Shown here: positions 8,212-16,960 of the stretch, in pieces
Numbering within the stretch: position 1 is the stretch's first letter
Layout: each line of letters begins with the position of its first letter
NCBI GenBank assembly: GCA_963838905.1
Contig: CAWITE010000028.1
Span: 148,865 to 180,864 of the forward strand
DNA from: an uncultured Acidobacteriota bacterium
GTDB lineage: Bacteria > Acidobacteriota > Terriglobia > Terriglobales > Acidobacteriaceae
Direction: 5' to 3'
DNA: 32,000 nucleotides
Translations under genes and position numbers: made by a program
Notes under the pieces: model-generated
Seen by the model: only the letters and a program-made list of their open reading frames with translations
The model's database searches: none
What the model was told of the DNA's origin: nothing

Positions 8212-9917
8212 TGGGCAAGCTTTCTCCGCAAGACAAGCTGTTTGCCGCTGATCATGTCTATCTCGACTTTGTGGGCCGCGACACCCTGTACGGGTATCTG
8301 GCGCAGAACCGGGAGCAGCTGTTTCGCGATGAAGACTTCGCGGCTTTGTACTGCCCGGACAATGGACGCCAATCCGTGCCTCCCAGTGTGGCGGTGAGTG
8401 TGCTGTTCTTACGGGCGTACGAGGGGGTGAGTTTTGCCGAGGCGGTGGAGCGGACCAAATACGATCTGCGCTGGAAGGTAGCCTTGGGACTGGAGATGGA
8501 AGAAGTACCGATGCAGAAGAGCGCGCTGCAGGAGTTTGAGGCCAAGCTGGTTCTGCACGAGATGGAAGAGCCGCTGTTGAAGAAGTCAATCGCAGAAGCC
8601 CGGCGCGCCGGATACCTGCAGAATCGCAAGCTTCGCGTGGCCTTGGATACGACGCCGATCTTGGGCAAGGGAGCGGTGAAGGACACCTACAATCTGCTGG
8701 GAGAAGGGATCGAGAGGTTGGGGCGGCGGTTGGCGGAGGTAGAGGAAGAAGAGGTTACGGGGTGGGCCGCGAAGCAGGGGCTGAGTCGCTATTTTGGCAG
8801 CAGCGTGAAGGGAGAAGCCGGGATTGACTGGGACGACAAAGGGCAACGGGAACAGTTGTTAACCGAGATCGTGCAGGACGGGCGGCGCCTGCTAAGCCTG
8901 GCGGAGGAGATCCAAAAGCAGCATCCCGCGCAGACGGAAGCCATTGCCGCCGCCGCGGCTTTGCTGCTGCGGCTGATCGCGCAGGACGTGGAAGAAAAGC
9001 CGGAGGGCGGCTTTCAAGTAAAGTCGGGCACCGCCAAGGATCGGGTCCTCAGTGTTCACGATCCGGAGATGCGGCATGGACGCAAGAGCGCCAGCAAGCG
9101 CTTCAACGGACACAAGGCAGCGGTGGCGGTGGAGATGGAGAGTCAGTTGATCACGGGGGTGGAGGTGCTGGCGGGCAATGCTGGGGATCAGGAGAAAGCT
9201 CTGGAGTTGGTGCAGCAAAGCGAACGAGTGCTGGAGGCGAAGGTCGAAGAAACGGTGGGGGATTGTGCCTACGGAGGCGGCCCGACGCGGCGAGTCTTTG
9301 CGGAGGAAGAACGAATCCTGACGGCGAAGGTGCCGGCCCGTCACAACCGCAATTGTTTTTCCAAGAGTGAGTTTGAGATCGATTTGGATCAGATGGAAGT
9401 GCGTTGCCCGGCAGGCCAGAGTACGCGCGACTATCGCTCCGCCGGAGAAGGTCGAGGGGGCCAATTTCTTTTTTCCCAGGCCGGTTGTCAGGCCTGTCCC
9501 CTGCGCTCGCAATGCGTCCGTGGGCAAGGGCCGCGGAGTATCAGCATCCAAGCCGAAGAACGACTGCAGCAACAGGCCCGCGCCCATAACCAGACCGAGG
9601 CGGGGCGGCAGAGCTTGCGCGAGCGGGTGGTGGTGGAACATCGGATTGGGCGCCTGGTGGGATTAGGGATTCGCCAAAGTCGCTACTTCGGGAAAAAGAA
9701 AACCCGCTGGCAGGTGGTGATGGCCGCGGTAGTAGCAAACCTGAGTTTGGTGGTTGGGTACTGCCAGCGGCGGGCTCAGAGCCCCGACGCCGCCACCGCA
9801 GCCCAGGCCTCGGTACGGCCCACCAACGTTTTTCTGGCGGCTCTTTCGACCTTTTGGGCCCGATTTCTTCGCCTGAACCCCAACCCCGACTTAGGCGCCG
9901 CGTTCGGCGCAGTGTAA
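8208..9917 (+). CDS. DDE transposase (IS1182/IS5-like; InsH-type N-terminal domain)
   Basis: N-terminus MMGKLSPQDKLF...LYCPDNGRQSVPPSVAVSVLFLRAYEGVSFAEAVERTKYDLRWKVALGL. Cys cluster CPAGQ...CQACPLRSQC. C-terminal signature RERVVVEHRIGRLVGLGIRQSRYFGKKKTRWQVVMAAVVANL. Confidence 0.9.
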   Translation: MMGKLSPQDKLFAADHVYLDFVGRDTLYGYLAQNREQLFRDEDFAALYCPDNGRQSVPPSVAVSVLFLRAYEGVSFAEAVERTKYDLRWKVALGLEMEEVPMQKSALQEFEAKLVLHEMEEPLLKKSIAEARRAGYLQNRKLRVALDTTPILGKGAVKDTYNLLGEGIERLGRRLAEVEEEEVTGWAAKQGLSRYFGSSVKGEAGIDWDDKGQREQLLTEIVQDGRRLLSLAEEIQKQHPAQTEAIAAAAALLLRLIAQDVEEKPEGGFQVKSGTAKDRVLSVHDPEMRHGRKSASKRFNGHKAAVAVEMESQLITGVEVLAGNAGDQEKALELVQQSERVLEAKVEETVGDCAYGGGPTRRVFAEEERILTAKVPARHNRNCFSKSEFEIDLDQMEVRCPAGQSTRDYRSAGEGRGGQFLFSQAGCQACPLRSQCVRGQGPRSISIQAEERLQQQARAHNQTEAGRQSLRERVVVEHRIGRLVGLGIRQSRYFGKKKTRWQVVMAAVVANLSLVVGYCQRRAQSPDAATAAQASVRPTNVFLAALSTFWARFLRLNPNPDLGAAFGAV

Positions 9918-10011
9918 TGGATGCGAGGCCCACAACGAACCATCACGTCACCCGCACTGCCCCTTCACGGAAAAACACCAGTTCTCGGATGGATTTCTAG
10001 GCTCCAGCTTT

Positions 10012-10115
10012 GTCATCCTGAGCAACGCGAAGGATCTGTGCACTTTCTTTTGTTGCCTGGAGCCTGAAACCCGACGCCTGAAGCCTGCAGCCCAACGCAT
10101 GCAGCCCGAAGCCTG
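10012..10115. repeat. REP cluster: a family A unit (gtcatcctgagcaacgcgaaggatctg) followed by AGCCTGAAGCCTG-type repeats
   Basis: 10012..10038 matches the 25055/26647 units. 10056..10115 contains ggagcctgaaacc, cgcctgaagcctgcagcc and gcagcccgaagcctg. Confidence 0.6.
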
Positions 10116-10120
10116 CTCCA

Positions 10121-11035
10121 TCACTTCCACAGATAATAGAATCCCATCTGCTGGTCGAGCAGCTTCTCCCGGGTCGGCAGCCATTGGGAAATATCTCCGA
10201 ATAGCAGATCGGCTAAAGTCTTGCGATCTTTGTCCGGGCGCACCAGCACTGGCTCGCCTTTGATTCCGACCGACTTTGCGGTATCGTCGACCGCATTCTG
10301 GAAGTCGCCGATTTGATCGATCAGGTGGATGGAGAGCGCTTCCTGCCCGGTCCACACCCGGCCATCCGCGATTTTCTTAATGTCGTCGGACTTCGCATGG
10401 CGTCCGTCGGCTACTGCCTGCACGAACTGACCATACATGTTGTCGATCAGCGACTGCATATAAGCTCGCTCTTCCGGGGTCATCTCGCGGCTGGGGTCGC
10501 CCGTGTCCTTGAGCGCGCCAACTTTGAGCACTTCCGGTTTCAGCTTGGCCCAGCGCATCAGATCGCCGTAGTTTACCCACTCGGCAATCACACCGATCGA
10601 CCCGACCACGCTGCCATTGTCGGCATAAATCTTGTTGGTCGCGGAAGACACGTAGTATGCGCCGCTCGCGCCCACAGTGCTGATCGAGGCCACAATGCGC
10701 TTTTTCTTGTCGTCGCGGATGCGTTTGACCGCGCGATAAATTTCCTCGGACGCCGCCACTCCTCCTCCGGGAGAATTCACCCGCAGAATGATGGCCTTGA
10801 TGGAATCGTCGTCGCCGAATTTTTTAATTTGGGGCACAATGACGCTGGAGTCCAGAATTACGCCTTCCAGTTCCACCACGCCAATTTTGTCGCCGAAACC
10901 ATCGAGCGACGCGTGCTCTCCACCCCCGCGCAACGTCAGATACACGAGCGTAAACACGGCCAGCACGAAGAGGAAGAAAACTCCCCCCCCGATCACGATC
11001 CAGAGCAGAGTGCGGGAACGACCATTCTCAGCCAT
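10121..11035 (-). CDS. sppA: Signal peptide peptidase SppA, 36K type (S49 family)
   Basis: AIILRVNSPGGGVAASEEIY and STVGASGAYYVSSA (nucleophile Ser region), plus an N-terminal TM helix. The start is either ATG 11035 or GTG 11056, which would overlap the upstream gene. Confidence 0.85.
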   Translation of the reverse strand: MAENGRSRTLLWIVIGGGVFFLFVLAVFTLVYLTLRGGGEHASLDGFGDKIGVVELEGVILDSSVIVPQIKKFGDDDSIKAIILRVNSPGGGVAASEEIYRAVKRIRDDKKKRIVASISTVGASGAYYVSSATNKIYADNGSVVGSIGVIAEWVNYGDLMRWAKLKPEVLKVGALKDTGDPSREMTPEERAYMQSLIDNMYGQFVQAVADGRHAKSDDIKKIADGRVWTGQEALSIHLIDQIGDFQNAVDDTAKSVGIKGEPVLVRPDKDRKTLADLLFGDISQWLPTREKLLDQQMGFYYLWK

Positions 11036-11049
11036 ACAGTGAGGGTAGT

Positions 11050-11958
11050 TTAGCACCGTAGGGCAGGTTCAAGGACAATCACTCGCAGCGCCCGGCGCGC
11101 CACGCCCACTTCAATTGGCGTGCAGCACACATATTCGCCGTCCGCGTAAACATCCTGCGGCTCTTCCGTTTCAAGCTTGATGCCTTCTGCCTGGAAATAA
11201 TCCACCTGCGGGACGCTCAGGTGGCGTCCCAAATAGACGGTGGGGAAAAGACAAGAGAGCTTGAGCTTGTTGATGTGATTGATGATGCAAACGTCGAGCA
11301 AACCGTCGTCGAGTTGAGCGTGGGGCGCAATCTTCATCCCGCCGCCGTATGACGGTGCTTTGGCGAACGCCGTGACCATGATCGGTTTCGCGGTCCGTGC
11401 AACGAGCGCAGCCTGATGTTCGGTGCGAGGCATTGAAATCTTCAGCGGAACGGACGCGAATCTCACGAGCGCGGTCAGGAGGCTAAAAATGTATTCGCCA
11501 CGTGCCCGGAGCCAGCGCGGAAGGCGATTCGCCCGGCGGGCAATCTCGGCGTCCAGTCCGACGCCACCTACGCAACAAAAATAGTGTGGCGCGGACGACC
11601 CGCCAGCGTCTTGACCCACAACCGATGTCGGGACCACACCAAGATCGATCGGTCGCACGTTACGACTGCCGGAGCAAAACTTGTGCCACACGGCCAGCGA
11701 ATCTCGAGAGTTGCGTAGGCCCAGCGCCCGCGCAAAATCGTTTCCACTGCCACAAGGCACGACCAGCACGGGGATCCGCAACTCGACCAATTGCGGCAGA
11801 TAACGATGCACAGTCCCGTCTCCGCCGAAGATGAGAATCGCGTCTGCCTGATCCGAGTTTGCGGGCAGATCGATAAGCCAGTTCGCTTCCGAGTTCTGCT
11901 GGAACGGCTTCAGGTCTTTGGCGGAACATCCCGGCCCGAAGATGGCGGCAGCGCGCAC
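11050..11958 (-). CDS. Diacylglycerol/lipid kinase family protein (YegS/BmrU-like)
   Basis: DAGK catalytic-domain motifs: ILIFGGDGTVHRYL and VVPCGSGNDFARALG. Confidence 0.85.
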   Translation of the reverse strand: MRAAAIFGPGCSAKDLKPFQQNSEANWLIDLPANSDQADAILIFGGDGTVHRYLPQLVELRIPVLVVPCGSGNDFARALGLRNSRDSLAVWHKFCSGSRNVRPIDLGVVPTSVVGQDAGGSSAPHYFCCVGGVGLDAEIARRANRLPRWLRARGEYIFSLLTALVRFASVPLKISMPRTEHQAALVARTAKPIMVTAFAKAPSYGGGMKIAPHAQLDDGLLDVCIINHINKLKLSCLFPTVYLGRHLSVPQVDYFQAEGIKLETEEPQDVYADGEYVCCTPIEVGVARRALRVIVLEPALRC

Positions 11959-12008
11959 GTCGGCGGCAGATTATCAGAAATGAATGAACAACCGCAGACC
12001 GCGTAGGC

Positions 12009-12093
12009 CCGGATGCCCTCGTCCGGGGGGCGACCGCCGGGTCGCCTCGCTCTTCGCCGAGAATCCCAGCGCACGAGGCGGACGAGGGCGTCC
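12009..12093. repeat. Nested palindrome (family E: CGGATGCCCTCGTCCG) in a divergent promoter region
   Basis: The 16-nt arm at 12009..12024 pairs with 12078..12093 (one G-U). An inner hairpin ggcgacc-gccg-ggtcgcc lies at 12028..12045. A related half-site is at 7282..7320. Confidence 0.7.
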
Positions 12094-12177
12094 GCCGTCA
12101 GGTGTTTCTGATGATCGAGGTTGGTGCTCCAGTCGAGAAAGCGATAGAGTAATCGGTTAAGGGGATCGCGACTCGAT

Positions 12178-12897
12178 ATGGCAAATAATTCAAAAACCAG
12201 CGACCTGGAAAAGGCTGCCGCGGCGCGCGCCAGTCTGCGTTTCGTGCGCGACGGGATGACGCTTGGATTGGGAACAGGTTCGACCGCGGCGCACGCGGTT
12301 CGTTTCTTGGGTGAACAAGTCCGGGCGGGATTGAAGGTTCGCGGGATCCCGACTTCCGTTCATACCCAAGAGCTAGCCGCGAGCCTGGGAATTCCGTTGA
12401 CCACGCTCGATGAGTGTCAGCAGATCGATGTAGACATCGACGGAGCCGATGAATTCGATGCGCAGTTGCATCTGATCAAGGGCGGCGGCGGCGCGCTGCT
12501 GCGCGAAAAAATCATCGCGTCGGCATCGCGGCAAGTCGTCATCATCGCGGATTCGAGCAAGCAGGTCGCGGTGCTGGGAAAGTTCCCGCTCCCGGTTGAA
12601 GTCATCCCCTTCGCTCAGCCCTTAGTTGCAAAAAGAATTACGGCCTTGGGAGCGACAGTGAAACTCCGCCAGGAAACGAAGGGAAACCCTTTTATAACCG
12701 ACGAAGGTCACCACATCCTGGATTGCAGCTTTGGTCAGATCCCCGATCCACCCGCTCTGGCGCGTAAACTGAGCGACATGCCCGGAGTAGTTGAACATGG
12801 ATTGTTCGTTGACCTGGCCACGGTGGTGCTGTGCGCGAAAGGCGAGAACGTTACAGAATTCCGCCCCCCACAATCAAGGAAAGTCAGAACTCGCTAA
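12178..12897 (+). CDS. rpiA: Ribose-5-phosphate isomerase A
   Basis: GLGTGSTA, DIDGADEFD and LIKGGGGALLREKI motifs. Confidence 0.92.
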   Translation: MANNSKTSDLEKAAAARASLRFVRDGMTLGLGTGSTAAHAVRFLGEQVRAGLKVRGIPTSVHTQELAASLGIPLTTLDECQQIDVDIDGADEFDAQLHLIKGGGGALLREKIIASASRQVVIIADSSKQVAVLGKFPLPVEVIPFAQPLVAKRITALGATVKLRQETKGNPFITDEGHHILDCSFGQIPDPPALARKLSDMPGVVEHGLFVDLATVVLCAKGENVTEFRPPQSRKVRTR

Positions 12898-14171
12898 CCC
12901 ACAATTTCCCGCAGAGCTGCCAGCAGCCGTTCCACTTCTTCCGCCGTGTTGTAGTGCGCCAGCCCGATACGCAGAAATCCACCATCTTTTTCAACATCGA
13001 GCCGCTCGGTGAGATTCAACGCATAGTAATTTCCATCCCAGGTAAAGAAGCCACGCTCGCCAAGCCGAGTAGCGAGTTCGAGCGGCGTATGACCCTTGAT
13101 TCGCACCGCGATCGTAGGACATCGCTGATCGAAGCGCTCCGGATCGATGACACCATAAAGCTTCAGACCGGGGATCGACAGCAATCCACGAATGAGGCTT
13201 TCCATCAATCCCCGCTCATGCTTCTGAATCGCGTCGTAGGCTGCTAGCAAGGCCTCGCGGCGCGCGGATGCTAACGGATTCACGTGCCGTCCAAGATCCG
13301 CTAGATAGTCAACGCAGGCCGCGATTCCGGCGATGCATTCATGATTAAGCGTGCCCCACTCCCAGCGGTTGGGAATCGCGTTGGTGTTGGCGCGAACCTT
13401 ATACGGATCGAGCCGCTTCCAGTGCTCGCGTTTGCCAAAGAGCACACCCATGTGCGGACCGAAGAACTTGTAAGTCGAACACACCAGAAAATCGCAGTCG
13501 CGCGCGCGGACATCAATGGGACCGTGCGGCGCGTAATGGACTGCGTCAATGTAAGCCATCGCGCCGCGTTGATGGGCAATACGGATGATCTCCTTCACGT
13601 CGTTAATCGTGCCCACCGCATTCGAAGCGTAGCCGACCGCAACCAGCTTCGTGCGGTCGGTAATCTTGCGCGCCAAATCGTCCATGTTGAGAGTGCAATC
13701 GTCTTCATGAATCTCCGCCATGCGAACGGTCACGCCGCGCTCTTCGAGCGCGCGCCACGGAGAAACATTGGCATCGTGATCAAGGTGCGTGAGCACGATT
13801 TCGTCCCCCGGACCGAGCTCGCGCCCAATCGAGCGACTAATGGCGAAAGTCAGCGAAGTCATGTTGGGCCCGAAAACGACCTCATCCGCATCACAGCCGA
13901 GAAAGTCCGCCATGGCGGAACGCGCGCCGGCGATCATCGCGTCGGTGCGGCGGCTGGTCGCATAGGCACCGCAAGTATTGGCGTTGCTGTGCTTCAGATA
14001 GTCAGAGATCGCGCCGATGACACGCTGCGGAACCTGAGTTCCGCCCGGCCCATCGAGGAACGTTGCAGGATGGCCGTTGACAGTTTGAGAGAGAGACGGG
14101 AACTGGGCGCGAACCCAATCAAGGTCAAGCGCATTTACTGTTTCGTTTTGAGTGCTCAACATAGGATTCAT
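12894..14171 (-). CDS. Class-V aminotransferase / cysteine desulfurase-family protein
   Basis: PLP-lysine region FLVCSTYKFFGPHMGVLFG and an overall class-V fold pattern. Its stop overlaps the rpiA stop (CTAA). Confidence 0.82.
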   Translation of the reverse strand: MNPMLSTQNETVNALDLDWVRAQFPSLSQTVNGHPATFLDGPGGTQVPQRVIGAISDYLKHSNANTCGAYATSRRTDAMIAGARSAMADFLGCDADEVVFGPNMTSLTFAISRSIGRELGPGDEIVLTHLDHDANVSPWRALEERGVTVRMAEIHEDDCTLNMDDLARKITDRTKLVAVGYASNAVGTINDVKEIIRIAHQRGAMAYIDAVHYAPHGPIDVRARDCDFLVCSTYKFFGPHMGVLFGKREHWKRLDPYKVRANTNAIPNRWEWGTLNHECIAGIAACVDYLADLGRHVNPLASARREALLAAYDAIQKHERGLMESLIRGLLSIPGLKLYGVIDPERFDQRCPTIAVRIKGHTPLELATRLGERGFFTWDGNYYALNLTERLDVEKDGGFLRIGLAHYNTAEEVERLLAALREIVG

Positions 14172-14196
14172 AAAGATTTGTAGACACGTAGCTTTG

Positions 14197-15270
14197 CTAC
14201 GTCTCGGTTACCGCGCGTACGAAATCCGCCAGCATCCCATAAGCGGTGGCGTCCAGTCCGGGATTGTTTTCGGTAATCGCCAGCCCCGGAAAGATGTCTG
14301 TCTCAAAATACACGATGGAAGAAGTTCCCGCGACCCAGGCCAGCGGATCGCTCAACGGTACCTGCTCCAGCCGGACGCTCGCCATCACGCCCTGATCGGT
14401 TTGCTGGGCGCGGCACACCAGCTTATAAGGTTTTCCGTCGGCCCGGGCAGCGCGCACCGCTTCCTCACTCAGCTCTCCAATGCCTTCACGCTGAATTTCC
14501 TCGAGTCGAATGGGTACGCCCATGAGCACGCGAATCAGAGCAGCGACTTTGACCGCCGAATCCCAACCCTCGATGTCATTGCTCGGATCGGTTTCGGCGA
14601 CCCCGATCTCCTGCGCCTTGACAAGCGACTCCTCAAAGCTGAGCCCCTCTTCCACGCCGGTAAGAATGACATTGGTAGTGGAATTCAGAATGCCGCGAAA
14701 TCCGTTCAGCTGAACGACCGGCAGATTGTCGCGGAACAGGGCAAAGATGGGAACGCCATCCATCACGGTAGACTCAAATAGAAATCTTCGCTGCTTGGCA
14801 GTCGCCAGGGCACTCAGTTCCTCGTAGGCGTGCACGATAGGGCCCTTGTTGGCGGTGATGGCATGTGCGCCAGCTTCTAATGCAGCGCGAATATGATCGA
14901 TCGCCGGTTGGCCGTCGCCAGGGCTGAGCGATGTGGCTTCGAACAGAACATCGGCCTTCGCTAGACGCAACCAACCGCGAACGTCGTGTGGCACTGGCGG
15001 ACCCGCCCGCCAGTGTCCCCGGAAATTTTCACGCAGCGTCGCATCGACATCCAGCCCCTCGGAATCCGCGATCCACCCCATCTGTCGTGTTGCCACGCCC
15101 GTGATCCGCCACGCGACGCCACGCTCGCGGAGTTCACTATCCTTTTTCTGCAGGAGGCGAAGCAACGTCCGGTTGACGTTGCCAAAACCGAGCAGGCAGA
15201 GATTGTAGGTGCGAATGATTGATCTCCTAGGACGGCTCCGGGCGCAAGATGCGCCCGGGACAGCCGGCAA
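14197..15270 (-). CDS. hom: Homoserine dehydrogenase (no ACT domain)
   Basis: NAD-binding LLGFGNVN. Catalytic region ITANKGPIV...FLFESTVMDGVPIF...GILNSTTNVIL...AQEIGVAETDPSNDIEGWDSAVK. The start is uncertain: the 5' 50 nt of the maximal ORF are a REP palindrome, and an AGGAGA box sits just before ATC/ATT at 15219/15216. Confidence 0.83.
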   Translation of the reverse strand: MPAVPGASCARSRPRRSIIRTYNLCLLGFGNVNRTLLRLLQKKDSELRERGVAWRITGVATRQMGWIADSEGLDVDATLRENFRGHWRAGPPVPHDVRGWLRLAKADVLFEATSLSPGDGQPAIDHIRAALEAGAHAITANKGPIVHAYEELSALATAKQRRFLFESTVMDGVPIFALFRDNLPVVQLNGFRGILNSTTNVILTGVEEGLSFEESLVKAQEIGVAETDPSNDIEGWDSAVKVAALIRVLMGVPIRLEEIQREGIGELSEEAVRAARADGKPYKLVCRAQQTDQGVMASVRLEQVPLSDPLAWVAGTSSIVYFETDIFPGLAITENNPGLDATAYGMLADFVRAVTET

Positions 15271-15285
15271 TGTGCCGGCGCTACA
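15240..15285. repeat. Two adjacent GC-rich hairpins (family D, GTAGCGCCGGC type)
   Basis: gggcgca-aga-tgcgccc at 15240..15256 and gccggc-aatgt-gccggc at 15263..15279, followed by gctaca. Confidence 0.7.
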
Positions 15286-15289
15286 TTTG

Positions 15290-15691
15290 TCAGCCCATCG
15301 TTGAGGTGTGTTCAGGCTGAATCTTGTAGATAACGCGCGTTTCCGACGGCTGTCTATAGGGGTACTTGTCGACGCCCAGATACTTCTTGGCCATCTTGTC
15401 GATGTGCGCGTCGGCGCCCTGTTCGGTGATCTCCATCACTCGACCGCGGATTTCGAGATAACGGTAGGGATTGTCGGGATCGATGATCGCCATCGCAACC
15501 CGCGGATCGCGACGGACGTTGCGATCCTTTTGGCGACCCTTGGCTGAATTGAAAAGTACGTAATCTCCTTCCAAATCACACCACACCGGTGTCACCTGCG
15601 GACGGCCATCGGGCATCAACGTTGCCAAACTAGCGAAGGCGCGCTTGTTGAACAGATCGCGATATTTCTCCGGAATAGCTTCAGGCATCAC
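15290..15691 (-). CDS. PPOX-class (pyridoxamine 5'-phosphate oxidase-like) F420/FMN-binding protein
   Basis: RAFASLATLMPDGRPQVTPVWCDLEGDYVLFNSAKGRQKDRNVRRDPRVAMAIIDP..YRYLEIRGRV is the split-barrel PPOX pattern. Confidence 0.78.
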   Translation of the reverse strand: MMPEAIPEKYRDLFNKRAFASLATLMPDGRPQVTPVWCDLEGDYVLFNSAKGRQKDRNVRRDPRVAMAIIDPDNPYRYLEIRGRVMEITEQGADAHIDKMAKKYLGVDKYPYRQPSETRVIYKIQPEHTSTMG

Positions 15692-15897
15692 ATCCTCCTT
15701 GCGATAGTATTGCCAAGCGAATTATAACGTCGCCGTGAGTTTCGTGTTGCGGCCTCGACTACTACTTTGGACCAAACAGCCTTTACGATCTTCGATCTAA
15801 TACTGTTCAAAGAGTTGCGAGCACCGCGATAGGTTGCACGATTGTGCCCAAATTTCACAAACTCCAGTAAACTGGTGGGCTTTATCGAGAGCGAACT

Positions 15898-16833
15898 ATG
15901 CTGAGAGAGAGTTTTCGCGGGAGCAAGCCATCGCGCTGTTTGGTCGTCTTAATGTTGCTGATTCTGTGCCCCGGGAGCCGCCCGGCCAGTGCTTCAGACA
16001 GCACATCGGGCAAGTCAATTCCTACCATCGTCTTCATGACTGACTTCGGTACAGTGGACGATTCGGTAGCGATCTGCAAGGGCGTGATGTATTCGATTTC
16101 TCCGGAGGTGCGCATTGTCGACCTCACACATGAAGTTACGCCGTTCTCTATCCTCGACGGAGCGCGCTTTCTGTACGGCACGACCCCATACTACGCGCCG
16201 GGAATGGTTTTTGTAGTGGTCGTGGACCCGGGTGTCGGCAGCACTCGGAAAGCGGTCGTGGTCAAGTCGAAGCGTGGGCAATATTTTGTTTTGCCGGATA
16301 ACGGGTTGATGACACTGGTGCAGGATCGTGATGGAATCGAGGGTGCACGCGAGATCACAAACCGCGATTGGATGATCGGAGCGGCGCTGTCATCGACTTT
16401 TCATGGACGCGACATATTTTCGCCCGTCGGCGCACACCTGGTGCGGGGCGACGACTGGACTGGCGTGGGACCCGAGCTTGATGTCAGCAAACTGGTGCGC
16501 CTGGACATCGCGCCCGCAAAGCTGGATGAACGCGGGTTGAGCGGAGAAGTGATCGCGACCGACGGACCCTTCGGCAATCTCGTCACCAATATCAGCGGCG
16601 GTGATTTTCTCAAACTGGGCTACACGCGGGGCCGGACGGTTCACATCACTATCGGAAAAAACGAGATGGATATTCTGTTCGTGCGCACCTTCAGCGACGT
16701 GCCGCTGAACAAGCCGCTGCTCTATATCGATTCTCGCGGGCATCTTGGTTTGGCCGTGAATCAGGGGAGCTTCGCGGCCACTTACGGGATAAAGCCTCCG
16801 GTCACAATCTTCATTCCGAAGGCCAGAAATTAA
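15898..16833 (+). CDS. SAM hydroxide adenosyltransferase family protein (DUF62; SalL/FlA-related) with predicted signal peptide
   Basis: IVFMTDFGTVDDSVAICKGVM, VVVDPGVGSTRK, VLPDNGL and STFHGRDIFSPVGAHL. A 40-aa N-terminal extension has a hydrophobic core LVVLMLLIL and ends in ASA-SD. Confidence 0.83.
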   Translation: MLRESFRGSKPSRCLVVLMLLILCPGSRPASASDSTSGKSIPTIVFMTDFGTVDDSVAICKGVMYSISPEVRIVDLTHEVTPFSILDGARFLYGTTPYYAPGMVFVVVVDPGVGSTRKAVVVKSKRGQYFVLPDNGLMTLVQDRDGIEGAREITNRDWMIGAALSSTFHGRDIFSPVGAHLVRGDDWTGVGPELDVSKLVRLDIAPAKLDERGLSGEVIATDGPFGNLVTNISGGDFLKLGYTRGRTVHITIGKNEMDILFVRTFSDVPLNKPLLYIDSRGHLGLAVNQGSFAATYGIKPPVTIFIPKARN

Positions 16834-16839
16834 TACTTT

Positions 16840-16930
16840 GTAGCGCCGACATCTTTCCGGCTGTCGCGAGAGCATCCTGGCGGGTGGGGGCGGGACGCCC
16901 CCACGACAGCCGCCGGGACGGCGGCGCTAC
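16840..16930. repeat. Three-tier nested palindrome (family D)
   Basis: Outer pair gtagcgccg/cggcgctac (16840..16848 with 16922..16930). Middle pair ggctgtcg/cgacagcc (16859..16866 with 16904..16911). Inner hairpin gggggcg-gga-cgccccc (16886..16902). Confidence 0.75.
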
Positions 16931-16960
16931 CAGATTTCACGAGATTCAAGGAGAAGACAC

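Larger units (their letters stand above)
7881..9986 (+). mobile_element. Insertion sequence (IS1182/IS5-like DDE transposase); boundaries approximate
   Basis: Imperfect terminal inverted repeats. The left end is gaaaaactgg(N10)cgtgaaaagg at 7881..7909. The right end is ccccttcacgg(N7)ccagttctc at 9960..9986. The interval contains the small ORF and the transposase. No clear target-site duplication was found. Confidence 0.5.

Noticed and set aside
13341-14183. 280-aa plus-strand ORF
   Set aside because: It is fully antisense to the class-V aminotransferase gene and has an Arg-rich, low-complexity composition typical of shadow ORFs in high-GC DNA. The same reasoning applies to 10313..11053, 8892..9641, 4514..5371, 5530..6147, 27446..28348, 21149..21811, 28997..29545 and 31295..31888.
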